From positions 35,631 through 99,630 of the IMG/VR virus record IMGVR_UViG_3300023278_003531: 64,000 nucleotides of DNA; one strand, 5' to 3'. Each line of letters opens with the position of its first letter. Within the stretch, counting starts at the first letter, position 1. The position numbers and the translations under genes are program-made. The stretch comes from a virus. Under the pieces are notes generated by a model. The model had not been told where the DNA came from and searched no databases. It saw only the letters and a list, made by a program, of their open reading frames with translations. Shown piece after piece: positions 20,197 to 32,600 of the stretch.

Positions 20197-20225
20197 ATTA
20201 TACGCTATTGTCATTATAAATGCAA
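20197..20225 (-). promoter_or_regulatory. sigma70-type promoter TTGCAT-17-TATAAT
   Basis: Minus strand TTGCAT (20225-20220), 17 nt, TATAAT (20202-20197), in the 50-nt intergenic gap. Confidence 0.6.
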
Positions 20226-20226
20226 C

Positions 20227-21132
20227 CTACTCAGACCCATAAACCCCAAAGGCTGGCCCGCCTTGACCCAAGCTACTATGGTCATGAATCGGTGTACCAA
20301 CCGCAGTAGCGGTACCTGCATTACCTGCACTGTTATCCGTAAAAGTAATGACATTCTCTCCGAGGGCTATGTGGGTGTAGATTGCGGTTCCGTCTTGTCG
20401 ATCAATAATAGTACCAATTGTTGGGTCTGAGACCGTCCAGGAATCCCCCGCCGCGTAAGTGGCATTCACGACCAGGAATCTAACAGAACTACCTACCGGG
20501 ATTGCGATTGCTGCCGGGCGGATTCCTAAAACATTAGCGGTGCTTCCGCCAATATCTCTCTCGTCTTCCACCTCTTCTGGAAGTTTGGCATTTCTAAGAG
20601 GTGCCCAATGAGGTCTCTCCGTACTAACCAACTTGGAATTCTCTCTGAGGTCGGTGTCGGAGGCATGAACGGTGGCAGAACCACCCTGCCCTCCAATTTT
20701 CTTGTCATAAGAAATACCCTTCTGAGGCTTCTTGGTGACCTGGGTGATTGCCGCAAACGTCTGGGCGGCTCTAGTTCTTTGCCGGCGCGAAATATTCTTA
20801 CCCTCTAATTCCTGAAACTTGTCTGCGCCTGAGAGATTAACAACAAAGGACGAAGCCTTCTCAAATGCAGGATTGACTGTTACCGATCTTACAGATCCAG
20901 TAAATATAGTTTGTTCATTTCCTTCGGTCCCGGCTCTTATTACTACCTGTTCTCCAGTAGCAAATTTCTGAGTCAGGGGCACTTCTACAGACACACTGAA
21001 TGTAGATGCCAACTGAGATCGGGAACGGGTCACGTTGAAGGATTTTATATCCGGCGTAACAAAAGTTTTATCACCAATTGTAATTTCCGCCCGGATCTTT
21101 TCAATTGTAATGTTTGCGCAGGACGGAGACAT
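20227..21132 (-). CDS. baseplate hub-like protein with C-terminal Ig-like domain
   Basis: IKSFNVTRSRSQLASTFSVSV...IFTGSVRSVTV...LSGADKFQEL hub (gp27/gpD-like) pattern; C-terminal WTVSDPTIGTI..DGTAIY. Confidence 0.6.
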   Translation of the reverse strand: MSPSCANITIEKIRAEITIGDKTFVTPDIKSFNVTRSRSQLASTFSVSVEVPLTQKFATGEQVVIRAGTEGNEQTIFTGSVRSVTVNPAFEKASSFVVNLSGADKFQELEGKNISRRQRTRAAQTFAAITQVTKKPQKGISYDKKIGGQGGSATVHASDTDLRENSKLVSTERPHWAPLRNAKLPEEVEDERDIGGSTANVLGIRPAAIAIPVGSSVRFLVVNATYAAGDSWTVSDPTIGTIIDRQDGTAIYTHIALGENVITFTDNSAGNAGTATAVGTPIHDHSSLGQGGPAFGVYGSE

Positions 21133-21407
21133 TAAACCTCCCCCGAAACCATAGCTAGGTACTTATCGCTAAATACATACTCGCATTTCTTTGTTTTACC
21201 ATGACATTTATTACATAACGTAATTACATTACTCTCTTCCATTATACCATCCTTCAAATAATCAGATCTTTTTCTAATCTCTATTCCATATCTCTTTAGC
21301 CAAGTTCTGACTGTGGGTGCCGAACAACCTGCCTCTTTGGCAATAGCGTAAGAACTCAAACCACACTCCACGTATTTAGTGTGTAGCCAGGTTTCATCTT
21401 TATACAT
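21132..21407 (-). pseudogene. internally deleted HTH-HNH homing endonuclease remnant
   Basis: HTH (YAIAKEAGCSAPTVRTWL) joined directly to the second half of an HNH motif (SNVITLCNKCH); the H-H first half is absent. Confidence 0.6.
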
Positions 21408-21409
21408 GG

Positions 21410-23620
21410 TTATATCTTCTCCACTGGGTGATTGAATATCCTAACCTGACATTTATCTCCCACCGAGATATCTTCCAGAACAAAACTTAGAGCAACTAAC
21501 TCGTCTCCTCCCTGCACCCTAACTACATAAGACGCACCGTCGCCTCTGTCCTGAACAATTATACCTTCCTTGGTAACTTCCTCGGTCTGGAGCTGGTATG
21601 TAGAACTATTGAAACTACCCGCAGTCAAATACTTAGGACCCGTAGTCACGTTGATCAGATACTGACTAGCGTCTGCATATGAATAGTTGATCTCATTTAT
21701 GATGGAAGTATTACCATTGGAATCAGTAAATACATCTCCTAAACGCGGAGTCGAATCAGGACCAAGAACCACCGATGTGGATGTAACTACTTCATTTTGC
21801 TGCGCTAGAAAATTCTGGGCCATTTCCAAACACTCAATATCGTCAAGAAAGGGAAGTGTGATATCAATGGTACTTCCATTAGTATTGTCTTGTAAAATAG
21901 ACATCTCACTCTCATCAAAGTCCTGAGTAGTGGAGGGGTCATTGTCTCTAATACCGTCGGTCTGGTCTATAATACCAAAAGCATTTAAGGTTTTACCCCC
22001 ACCCCCTGTAGATTCATCTATACTCTGCAAAGAACTAGTAGATGCGTACGCTATGGGGGGTGGAAAATCTACCAAAACGATGGGAGTGTAGGTTATACTA
22101 ATACTGGCAGCGACACCCATCGCAGCACCTCGGGGGTCAAATATATCGATGCTGGGACGTCGTCGTTCAACAACAATACACATCTCGCCGCTAGCAACCT
22201 TATAACCAAGCGCGTCTCCAATAGAACAAATATAATCTCTAAACTGATTAGTAGATACAGTAAAGGTATTAGGTGTATCTTTAGTGGCCTCTCGGTATTC
22301 GAAACCGGCGGGTGGGGATGTGAAAGGATCATAAAATCTACAAATAGTTGATGCATACTCACTGTCTATGATACTAAATAGATCTATCTCTAGGTTTTCG
22401 TCAGCGTCTTGGGTCCATGTCCAGTTGCGACCATGCTGAAGACTTATCAATTCCTTGTGAGGATTAAGAATAGTTTTAGCAAATCCCGAGAAACCCCCTC
22501 CTCCTCCAAATTCTTGAAGCTGAAATACTTTCTGGCCAGAAAATACAATATCCGTGATCGAAAGAAAATCAGATTCCAACTGGCCAAACTTATTCAACCT
22601 CTTAAAACGATCTGCACCTATTGTGATTCGAGAACCCACTAAGGTCGTATTGGTTACAGTACATTCGCCTGTCTGCTCATTAACAGTGGTTATTGTGGCG
22701 GGAACTCCCGCTCCAAAACTACCGCCCGCGGATGCGCCCAATGCACGGCCCGCACCCAATTGCTGACTTACATCCTGAGCGCCTCTAAAGTTAGGTAAAA
22801 TTATACTACCATCTATCTTACTAACTTTAAAAAGTTCGGAATCAAAACGGATATATTCTTTCGTTGAATCTCCAAAAGATATTCTAAGACCGGGAACAGA
22901 CTCACTGTCCGCGGACACATCGAAATCTATAATGTAACCTAATAAACTCTCAAACGCGCCTATCTCATAAGAGTTAATAATGTCATCGTTGTAAGCCTGA
23001 TCCAGTGCGGGGTCATCATAGGAAATAGTTGCATATTTTGCATTATGATCCTGCTCACAGGTATCGACAGCACAGTCGTCGTAAGCCATAAATTCTTTAT
23101 TCTTAAGTCCGTCAAAGGATTCTCGGAGCTCACGCGTGATAGGAGGATCATACCCCCTAACGATAACCAAACTTGCTTCATTGGTAACCTGGCCAGTGGG
23201 AATACAATACCGGACATCTAAATTACTTGCGGTAGCAGACCCTACTATATAGAAACGGGCGATACCATCTGCGTCTATTTCTACCTCGGCAAAACCGCCC
23301 AAACCCGAGCGGCCCGATCCCTGCGGCGCGGAGTTCAAAAGCTCAGTAGATAATGCCAAACGTAACATCCCCGTAGCGTCTTGGTTACGGATGTCATATC
23401 CAGGCAGTGTCCCTCCCATCACAGGCTGGCTGAAAGGAATATTGTAGGTCTCTAATACCAATTGAGAAACAGGACGAGTGGGATCGGGATCTAATACCGA
23501 GTTTTGAGGAACAGTATTGCCGATGACCACACTTTGGTAATCCGGATTGTCATTTGGTATGATCGTATCTACCGCAGTTCCGGGATTAACTCCAAAGCCT
23601 GGGAAGTTAATAGCTGCCAT
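21410..23620 (-). CDS. tail-tip/baseplate hub (Tal-like) protein (736 aa)
   Basis: First gene after the TMP. C-terminal PRLGDVF..IINEINYSY and an OB-like GIIVQD..YVVRV...ISVGDKCQV. Confidence 0.6.
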   Translation of the reverse strand: MAAINFPGFGVNPGTAVDTIIPNDNPDYQSVVIGNTVPQNSVLDPDPTRPVSQLVLETYNIPFSQPVMGGTLPGYDIRNQDATGMLRLALSTELLNSAPQGSGRSGLGGFAEVEIDADGIARFYIVGSATASNLDVRYCIPTGQVTNEASLVIVRGYDPPITRELRESFDGLKNKEFMAYDDCAVDTCEQDHNAKYATISYDDPALDQAYNDDIINSYEIGAFESLLGYIIDFDVSADSESVPGLRISFGDSTKEYIRFDSELFKVSKIDGSIILPNFRGAQDVSQQLGAGRALGASAGGSFGAGVPATITTVNEQTGECTVTNTTLVGSRITIGADRFKRLNKFGQLESDFLSITDIVFSGQKVFQLQEFGGGGGFSGFAKTILNPHKELISLQHGRNWTWTQDADENLEIDLFSIIDSEYASTICRFYDPFTSPPAGFEYREATKDTPNTFTVSTNQFRDYICSIGDALGYKVASGEMCIVVERRRPSIDIFDPRGAAMGVAASISITYTPIVLVDFPPPIAYASTSSLQSIDESTGGGGKTLNAFGIIDQTDGIRDNDPSTTQDFDESEMSILQDNTNGSTIDITLPFLDDIECLEMAQNFLAQQNEVVTSTSVVLGPDSTPRLGDVFTDSNGNTSIINEINYSYADASQYLINVTTGPKYLTAGSFNSSTYQLQTEEVTKEGIIVQDRGDGASYVVRVQGGDELVALSFVLEDISVGDKCQVRIFNHPVEKI

Positions 23621-23635
23621 TCAAGTCTCCTTTTC

Positions 23636-26600
23636 CTAGTTTCCTCTGCCTGCCTGTGCGAGGGAGAGAGCCTGTGATGCCTGGGTAAGTGCAGTAGATG
23701 CTCTCTGACCGATCTCGCCCAGAAGCTGTTTATCTGACTTACGTGCGGTTTCTGCTGTTGTAATCTCTGTGTTAATCTGTCGGACTTCGGCCTCAATACC
23801 TTGCTTATTGTCCCCGACGGCAGTCGAGAGGTCGGTGATCTGCTCGGCAAGGACAGAGACATTTTCAGTTGCCGCGGTGGCTACGGTTGTAGCGGTAGCT
23901 GCGGCAGATGTCGCGGATGATGATGCCTCCGTGGCAAGAGTGGCGCTCTCGCTGGCAGCCTGGGAGGTCGTAGTTGCGAGTTCTATTGTCGTACTGAACG
24001 TAGAAACCTCGAGCGTGAGAGCGTCTAGATTACTAGTCGTAAGGGTTTGTTTTGATTCCAGTGTGGATACGTCCTCCTCCAAAGCTAGAATTGATTCATT
24101 GAGTGGTCCAGAAGTATCGGTCAGCCCCTCGACCGCATCCACCCTAACACCCAAAGCGGTAATGTCAGCCCCCGCAGCTCCTGTCGCAGCCTCAGTGGCA
24201 GCTACAGCCAGTTCATCGATGTTAGAAACTGTAACTGCAGGCTCGCCATCAATGGTGACTGTGAGGGTCTCACCCAAAGCTTCGGTAATATCAGAACCTA
24301 TGGATGCGATATCGGAACTGAAGGATTCAGGAAGGGTCACGCCCTGGCTTGCCAACCCACCTATAACCTCATTGAGCGACGCTATGGAGTCATTCAGAGC
24401 ACTTAGTGCCTCCGAGGAACCCCCATCGCCCGTACCACCCCTAGTAACTCTGTCTGCTGGATCATCTCTAGTACCCGGCGCAGAGCCATCTTCCTTTCTA
24501 ATAACATTGGAGGGACTAGCAGCGTCATCACCAAACCTGGCGCTAGCATTCGCCTCAGCAGCCAGGTTATTATTCGTAAGTCCTACCATGGGATTTATTC
24601 GGCGCATGCCTGCATTTAGATTTACGGTGCCGGTTCCTGCAAGCTCTGTGCTGGAGAGAACACCACTTTCCCTGCCTCGATAAACATGCTCGCCGCTATC
24701 GATACCCTTTTGAATAATCCTCATGGCACTTATCTGCTTTTCACCGGCAGTTAGTTCGGATCCGCGATCTGCTGCCTTTAACTGACCTGTGTAAGTACTT
24801 TCGCCAGGCCTGCCACCAGCGAGCTGTGCAAATGTTCCAGCGGTTGGGGGTTTTGTGCCGAAACCGCCCTGCATAGATAATCCTAAAGTCGGTCCAGTAG
24901 ATTTGGTACCAGGACCTGCTACCATAGCCGCCAACTCTTGCTCATTCCACTTGTTTTTGATAGTCTCAGGACCTGAGGTTGCAACTCCTCCGGGCGCGGG
25001 AATCGCGGACGCGCCCATTCTTATACCGGAGGTGGGATCCGCAGCCTTGTTAGTTAGCGTCTCAAGTGCGGATAATTGTTCTCTTTGTAATCCCACAGAG
25101 GTGGTTAGGATTGCATTCGTAGGGATCATCCCAGTAGCCATATCCTCTACTCCCGCCTGGCGCGCTGCCTTCTTTGACAGGTCTTGCGCTTCTTGAGTAA
25201 TGGAACCTGCAAACTTGGAGAGACCTTCCAGAGAAGGAAGTCCCTTGAAGAAAAGTTTATCATCGCGACCCTTCTTCGTCGCCTGTTCGGAGGTTGCCAA
25301 TTCCTCACCAAGGATATCAAAATACTTCTGAGCTTTAGCCTTCAAGTCATCACTCTGTCCCGGATCAAACATTACATCTGCAAGGGTTGATCGGACACGC
25401 TCCGCTTTCTGTTGCTGACTTCGTAGAGCCGTAGTTTCTATGCTCTGCTTCTGCTGAATGACAGCTTCCTTCTCATCAAAGTCAACGTCTTTCAGTGCTT
25501 GCTTCTTGGCGCGCATATCGGCCAACGTCGTTCGTCCACCACTACCAAATTGTTTCTCTATATCTCGTCTCTTGTTTTCGAAAGAAGTTCGGAAACCAGC
25601 TTGACCCACTCGGGCCATTGGACCATCCAAATCAGAATCTATCTTATTAATGATTTGAGAATCTGCTTTTTCGAAATCCCTAACCATGTCATTTAGAGTG
25701 GTAGCGAAGTTTATAGCAGCGTCCGCCAATCTAATAGCGGGAATATCTGCCTGCAACTTATTATTGCTGTCCTCTAGGGCCTTGATAGCCTTAGCTTGAG
25801 CTTCAAGATGGGATGCCCGTACTGAGTTCTCCCACTGAATGGACTTGGCCTTCGCCGCGTCAAGATCCTTGGAAGCCTTTAGCTGCTTCGCTGCTTTGGC
25901 CTTCGACATATCTTGGGGGCTGGATGATTTAATCATCTCCGTGGTAAGACCGGAGGCGGCCTTGCCATCATTCTCGAAGACCTCCGCCATTCTGTCCGCT
26001 AGATTTGACTGTAAATCCTTCTGACTCCAGAACTGCTGGGTAGGTTGACCATCGGCGGTGTCGGACAGAGGTACGTCTATCATTCCTCTACCCTCAAACT
26101 GCTGCATACCATTCATAAGTGCTACTATATTCTTCATCTGGGGATGGGAAGGAGCGTTAGCACCCGCTCTTAAATTACCATCGGCATCTGGAATTATGTT
26201 AAGAACCTTCTTGAAGACATCGTTCATCGCGCCGCCCCCAAGTACTTCTCCAAACGCGCTGGTCTTCTCTTTAAAGGACTTCTTGGACATAACGGAGGCA
26301 AAGGCTTCGGCCCTATCACCTTCCGGCAAGGACTGGATGTAGGTAAGTTCGTGCAGGGCTTCGAGCATGGAGTTTTGGACACTCAGCTGGCGACCCCCAA
26401 TATCGGTAAAGTCGTCAGCTAATTTATTCATACCCCTAATCATCTCAAGTTGGCCTGCTGAGGTTTTCTCTCCAGAGCCAGCTAGACGCTTCTTTTGCTC
26501 GGAGGTCATGGAGTCCCCGGCTTTGGCCATGTCCGTAACTGAAGTTTCGAAGTCAGACATCTGCTTCTCTATCTTATTGAGTGTGTCCAGATCTCGATTT

Positions 26601-29600
26601 CTTTTATCTGAGGTTCCTGCAGTCCCTCGAAGAAGTTTAGCAAACTCAGGCACTGCGACAGCTAGCTTCTCCAAACCACTGAGTTCTTTAAAGGACTTGC
26701 CGAGATCTATGCTGGGGACAGCGCCCATACCCTTCATCGCGCCGCCAGAGCCTGTTATAAATTTGTTCTTGTTAGCTTCGGCCCGTTCGTAGTCGGCAGC
26801 GGCCGTAGCTGCGTCTTTTAAGGTAATGTTAAGCTTCTCTTGCATCTTCTGGTAATTACCCAGAACAGAGAGGAAGAAACCCTCCTTCTGTAGTGTCGTT
26901 GCAAGCTGCAGAACTTCCTGAGTAACTACCTTTAGTGCCTTCCCGGAAGATGCTTGTCTCTTGTAAGTACCCTCAACATCCGTAAGTAGGTCTTCTCCGT
27001 ACTCCTTGGTGAGGGCATTGAATTCGGACTGAATGTCTGCCAACCTCTGCATGTCCTCTGGAAGAGAACGCATTACTCTCTGCTCCACAGACAGTTCTTT
27101 CTCACTGGCGGGTCCCAAGTTAGGCATCCCTCCCGTAGGAATACGAACTCCCGCCATAGCACCCGAGTACTGCATGGTCATAATCTTCTTAGTGTGTGCC
27201 TCAGCGGCATCCACTTCCTTCTTGGTCCAGGTCATGAAGTGGTGTGCGACATCTGCCTTTTCCAACTCCTTGACGACACCCTCCAATTCGGTGCCCATAA
27301 CACTGGAGAGAGCCCCGGTGCTGGTTCTAAATTGCCAAATAGCCTTCTCGGTGCCTTCTTCAAGCGAGGAGAAAAGTGTCGTGACTCCTCCCGTTTTCAG
27401 GTCTGCAGCTGCTTGGGAAATAACGGCCATCTGACCCGCCTTAACTGGTGCTCCAGCACTGCCCGTTACCGCGCCTGAGCCGCTTGTAGCACCTATTCCT
27501 CTAGACAGGAATGCATTTGCTATAAGTCCAGAAGACTGAGTGTTCTGATAATCCAGAACCCCACCCAGGCCGGACTGCTTACCCATGAACTGGGTCATTA
27601 CTGAACTACCAGTTGCCCCTCGACCGAAGGCACCCGCTTCCGCGGCATCGTTAATTTGACTTTGGAGTTGTGGGGTAATACTCCCCATAGCACTTTCCAA
27701 ATCACCGAACTCAGGAATAGATTCAAAAACCCGTTTCATCTCATTGGCGGTGGCCAGAACTGCCTCGCGCTCAGCGCCTTCCTGCGCCACCAATTCATTC
27801 ATTCTGGACTGGTTAACAAGGCTGTACTCACCAGACTTAGCCTGTTCGTTCATTATCTTCGAAAGTTTTTGAATTTCCTTTCTTGTGTCACGAAGCTTAC
27901 CCATACCGCTTTGATCTTCGTTCGCGCCAGCCATGCCTCCAGTTGCGAAATTTGCAAACTTAGCGAAGCCCTGCTTCATGTTATCCAGTATTCCCTCCGC
28001 AGTGGTTAGCTCCTCTGCGAATTTAGATATAACATCTACCTTGAAGGCAGTGGTTATAGCGTTCTGGGCATCTAATGCTGATACAGTAAGGGATTTGAAA
28101 TTAGAATCTATTCCCAGAATGTAGTCGCCAGAATCTGAAATACCCTGGACCTTGGTAGGGTCTAGTGAAGCCATGCTATTACCTATGTCAGCCATCATGT
28201 TGTTGTACGTCTGGGCCGCGGTGGCGGCTCCCTTGAAGCGACCTTCACCTAATGCTGTACTCATAGCGGCATCGTCCGCCATGGCTTCCTGAGCTTTCCC
28301 TACCTTAATAAAGGACAAAGCTAAACGATCAGCATTAACAGATTGGCTTCTTAGAGTCGACGCGGCGTCCTCGCTCCTCCCCATAACCTCCTCTACGGAC
28401 TGCTCGTAATCTTTGGCTGATTGGGAGGCTTTCTGGTATGCCATATATGCACCGCCAAGAGCGGCGACAACGGTCAGGATCGCGGCGGCGCCGACTGAGG
28501 TAACCATTGCGGCGCTGAAACCTTTCTGAGCGACGGTAGCGCCTAAGAATCCCTTTTCAGCCAACTTTGTTACAAGCGACGTTCCGAGAAGACTATTCCC
28601 CAAACCATCAACTGCTCTTCTGGTGAGATGGGCAGTACTAGCGAATTTAGTCATCTCCTCAGTGCGGCCAGTCCCAGCACCTGCGGCGTCCCAGCCAGTC
28701 TTAGCGCTTGATTTGATTCCCGAGAGCAACTTAAAGGTACTGCTTCTACCCCCGCCAGTAGTACTCACCTCGTTACCTGAGAAAACATCCATAGTATCTG
28801 CGATCAGGTCAGCAGCCTTGTGGAAAGCCAATCCCATCGCAACAGCACCCATGGTGCTCTTCATAATCATGGGGTGTAGATCACCGACGAGTCCAACTAG
28901 TTTGGAGACACTCTGAATTGCACCAGTTGCCAATCCGAGACCGGTCTTACCAAACTCTAGTACAAGACCCTTAACACTTTCCTTGAGAACCGTAACATTC
29001 TTGGTGAATGTTTGCATCGCCAATCGGTTCTTTCTCATAGCAAAGCCCTGCGAGTTAGCAGCGTCAGCGCTAGCAAGCAAGGCTTCGTCGAAGTTATTCA
29101 TCAAGACGATGAATGAGTTATAGTGTCTAATACCCGCCATTGCTTGAGCTAGATTGACTTGCTGTGCGCGAGTCATTCCGTCCCAAGAACCGGCTAATTC
29201 CTTGAGTATGCCCATAGCGGGTTTGAAATCACCGCCCACCTCCATACTACCAACGCCCATCTTGCCAAGTTCCTTCTGCGCAGTAGGCCGTCTCATCGCG
29301 CGGAACATGAACTTGGTGCTGGTTGCAACTTCCTTACCAGATTGTCGAGTTACAGCACCAATTGCAGTAACCACTCCCATGAAGTCTTCAAAACCCACAC
29401 CCGCCACTTGGGCGGCAGCACCGGAACGCTTAACCGCGTCTGCTAGATCCTTAGCTGTAATAGCGTGCCTGGCTGCAACAGCTGCCCAGGCATCAACAAA
29501 CTCAGCCGACCCTGACACAGAGTCCCCGAAAACTTTATGAGCTGCTGTGAGAGCTTCCGTAGCTTCTACGGAAGTCAGAGTGGTAACATTAACAGCGAGC

Positions 29601-32600
29601 ATGGTAGCGCGTGTGCGCTCCATGATCTTATTCATCTTCAAACCCTGCTGACCATAGACAACCATACCGTCTAATACATCTTCAATGCCAATTCCAAACT
29701 CGGATGCAAAATCAGATGCGGAATCCTGCATACGTTCGAAGTTGGTAACCGAGGTGTCCATCACCTTCTTCAACGCAGTGACCTTAGTCTCAACTTCGGT
29801 AATAACAGTGACCATTTGTCGAAAAGCTCTGATAGTACCATAAACGATACCGGTAGCAAATCCCCACTGAACCACTCTTCTCAGAGAGTTTCTCATATGT
29901 CCAGTAAATTCTTTAGCGGCACTACCTGCGTTAGTAAGAGACACTACGTACTCATCACCGAACCTACGAGCAGACATTGTCAGTTTTTCAAGAACCGTGT
30001 TGCTCTCCTGATCTACAATCGGAAAGGACCCCTCTTTGGAAATTCTATTACCACCAATAGGCTTGAATCCCTGCTTGTGCATGGCGGTTAGCTGCTTTCC
30101 CCACTGCTCAGCTTGCGCTTCAATGTCTCTTCTCTGCTTATCATAAGACGCCTTCAGATCCATCCCGCCTGTTGCAGCAGCTTGAATGGGGCGGGAATCA
30201 GCAGCAGCGCGTGCGTGCTCTTCCGTAGTTCTGGGAACGGTACCTAACTTCTCATATGCTTTGTGTGCCTTATTTGCCATGTCGGCCATTGCTTTGAGAA
30301 TGTTTACTTGTTCGGAGTCGGGGCCACTGATTGTACCCATGAGAGATGACATTGCTTTTAGAATCGAGGAAACCTTACCTAAGTTCTCTACAAGTGTCTC
30401 GGGGGACTGAGCAAGTTCATCCCAAATCTGAGTCCAAACCTTGGTCTTACTAATGCCAGCCTCAATCTGATCCTTGGCGCTCATCAAGGTTTCACCCAGG
30501 CCTCCAAATTTTTCTTTGCTCTCACCACGACCCGCACTCTGCTTGATGATATCAGACCATGCAGATTTTCCAGGCTGAATTCGTAATTCGTCCGCGGCGG
30601 TGGGGAGCATTGCGCCAGAACGGCCCATAGCAATACCTGTCTGTTTGAATGTACCAGGTAGTTTAGTCTGCCCTAAAACCGCATACATTTGCTGAATAGT
30701 GTTGTTGAAGTGCTCTAGTAGCTCGGCGAATTCGGGGGTATCTGCCGCTCCTGAATCCCGAACCTGCTTTATCATCTCTTGAAGACCCTTACCTTTGTTG
30801 ATATACATCTGAAGCTCGGCAGCTTGGAATTCCTGCATCGCCGAGAGATACGCCTCGTTTCCCCGACGACCACCACCACCTGCATCTTCGCCGACATCCT
30901 TCAATCCTTTCTTATATCCGAAAGCGGTTTCCTGGTAAATCTTCTTCATGTCTGCCATTCGGGCAGGATCTACCCCACCCTCCTGTCCCATCTCACTGAG
31001 CATCAATCGCATAGACTCGGCGGGGACTTCCATTCCCGAAATGTTCTCGCCGGGGAATGAGATAGGACCCGCAGTGCGGGTACGTCCACCTTTTCGCTCA
31101 CCGGCGACCAGCTTGAGATTATTACGTGCCTCCTTCAATGCCTGGTCAAATAATATCAACTCATCACTGAGCTTCCTATTGAGTTCTGCTCCGGGGTATC
31201 CTCCGGCAGAACGTATTTTATCCTGCGCCTCACCCCGGACCGTCTGTCCGTGGGTTTTAGTCACAGATGCTATCATACCGCCAGCCTGTTTAAGAATATT
31301 TCCAGAAATACCACCAACCGCCTCATCTAATTCAGAAAACATCTTCATTAGAGCTTTTTGTACTTCGTCGGGGATGTCTCCGAAGATCTCCATCCACTTG
31401 GATGGGTTAGTAAGATGGGCTAGCAGCTCTTCAGCGACCATCTCGAAGTATTTCGTACCCTGTGCCTGTATGGCTTCATCCGCAGTTTTACCTGCAAACT
31501 CTTTCAAATTACCTATACCAGAAACCTCAGCACCGCCACCACTCTCCCTTCGGATCTTACTCAACAGCTTTAATTTATCAGCGTTACGCCCTACCATTGT
31601 TAGTTGATTTGCCGCCTTTAGTATTAACGGCGCCGCCTGGCCTATAGCGGTACCACCATCGACGAGGGAGGCAGATATCTCATTGATACCAGATCTAACA
31701 GTCTTAGCACTCTTATGTATATTCTCATGAGCCAGTGTAGCACCCATATTGGATATAGCTTGGGTAACGAACTCTATACCTTTAGCAGTGGTCGGAATTT
31801 CCCCAGCGTCTATACGCCCAAGCATCTTCAGAGCCATTTCCAGAGGCTTCATTCGGGAGGTTGCGCCGACGCTGATCTTTCCCTCGCCGGGGGCAGTTCC
31901 TGGTTTCTCACGATAAACACCCGCAACCTTCTTAGGATCTAAACCACTAGCAATAAAAAGCTCGTCGCTAACTACACCGTACATTTGCTTGATATTAGCA
32001 ATCCATGCAGAAAGTTTATCTACTATCTCTTTACCCACAGCAATAGGTTTACCCGGATCTTCTTCCAGATCCACCCCACCCTTCAGCGCCTGGGCGGTGT
32101 CGCTAAACAGCGTGTTGAGAATCTTAGAAGCGCGATCCTCCAGAGGCAGCCCCTCCATCTCTCGGGTGCCCTTCCTTCTAGACAATGCATAGGATTCAGG
32201 AATAATCTCACGAGGATCTAATCCCTCTATCTTGCCTTGATTCTGGGCAGTTTTGGTAGTTCTTTGTCTGACGTACTCTGCAGCCGATGACGGGCTAGCG
32301 CCTTTATCTATCATGGCCTGGCGGGCATTCTCCTCCAGCATTTCCTGCATGCGTTTGAGCTGACCTCTAAGATCCATCTTATCCAACAACTGCTGAATGA
32401 CCTTCTCGTAATTACCCTTGTCTAATCCTTGACCCTCTTTGAGAACTCCCTCCTCAAGAGCCGTCTGTGTAAGTGCGGCTGGATCCTGAGACCTAAGCAT
32501 GGGCTCCATCTCGGCAAACATTTGCTTATTATAACGTCCCATTTTACCAAAAGTATCACCACCCCCAGCATCCATTCCTGCTATGATCCTAGCCATTCCG

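Noticed and set aside
23769-24683. 304-aa plus-strand ORF (also 30948..31607, 36486..37229 and many smaller plus-strand ORFs)
   Set aside because: Antisense shadows of long minus-strand genes with biased codons; no RBS and no motifs.
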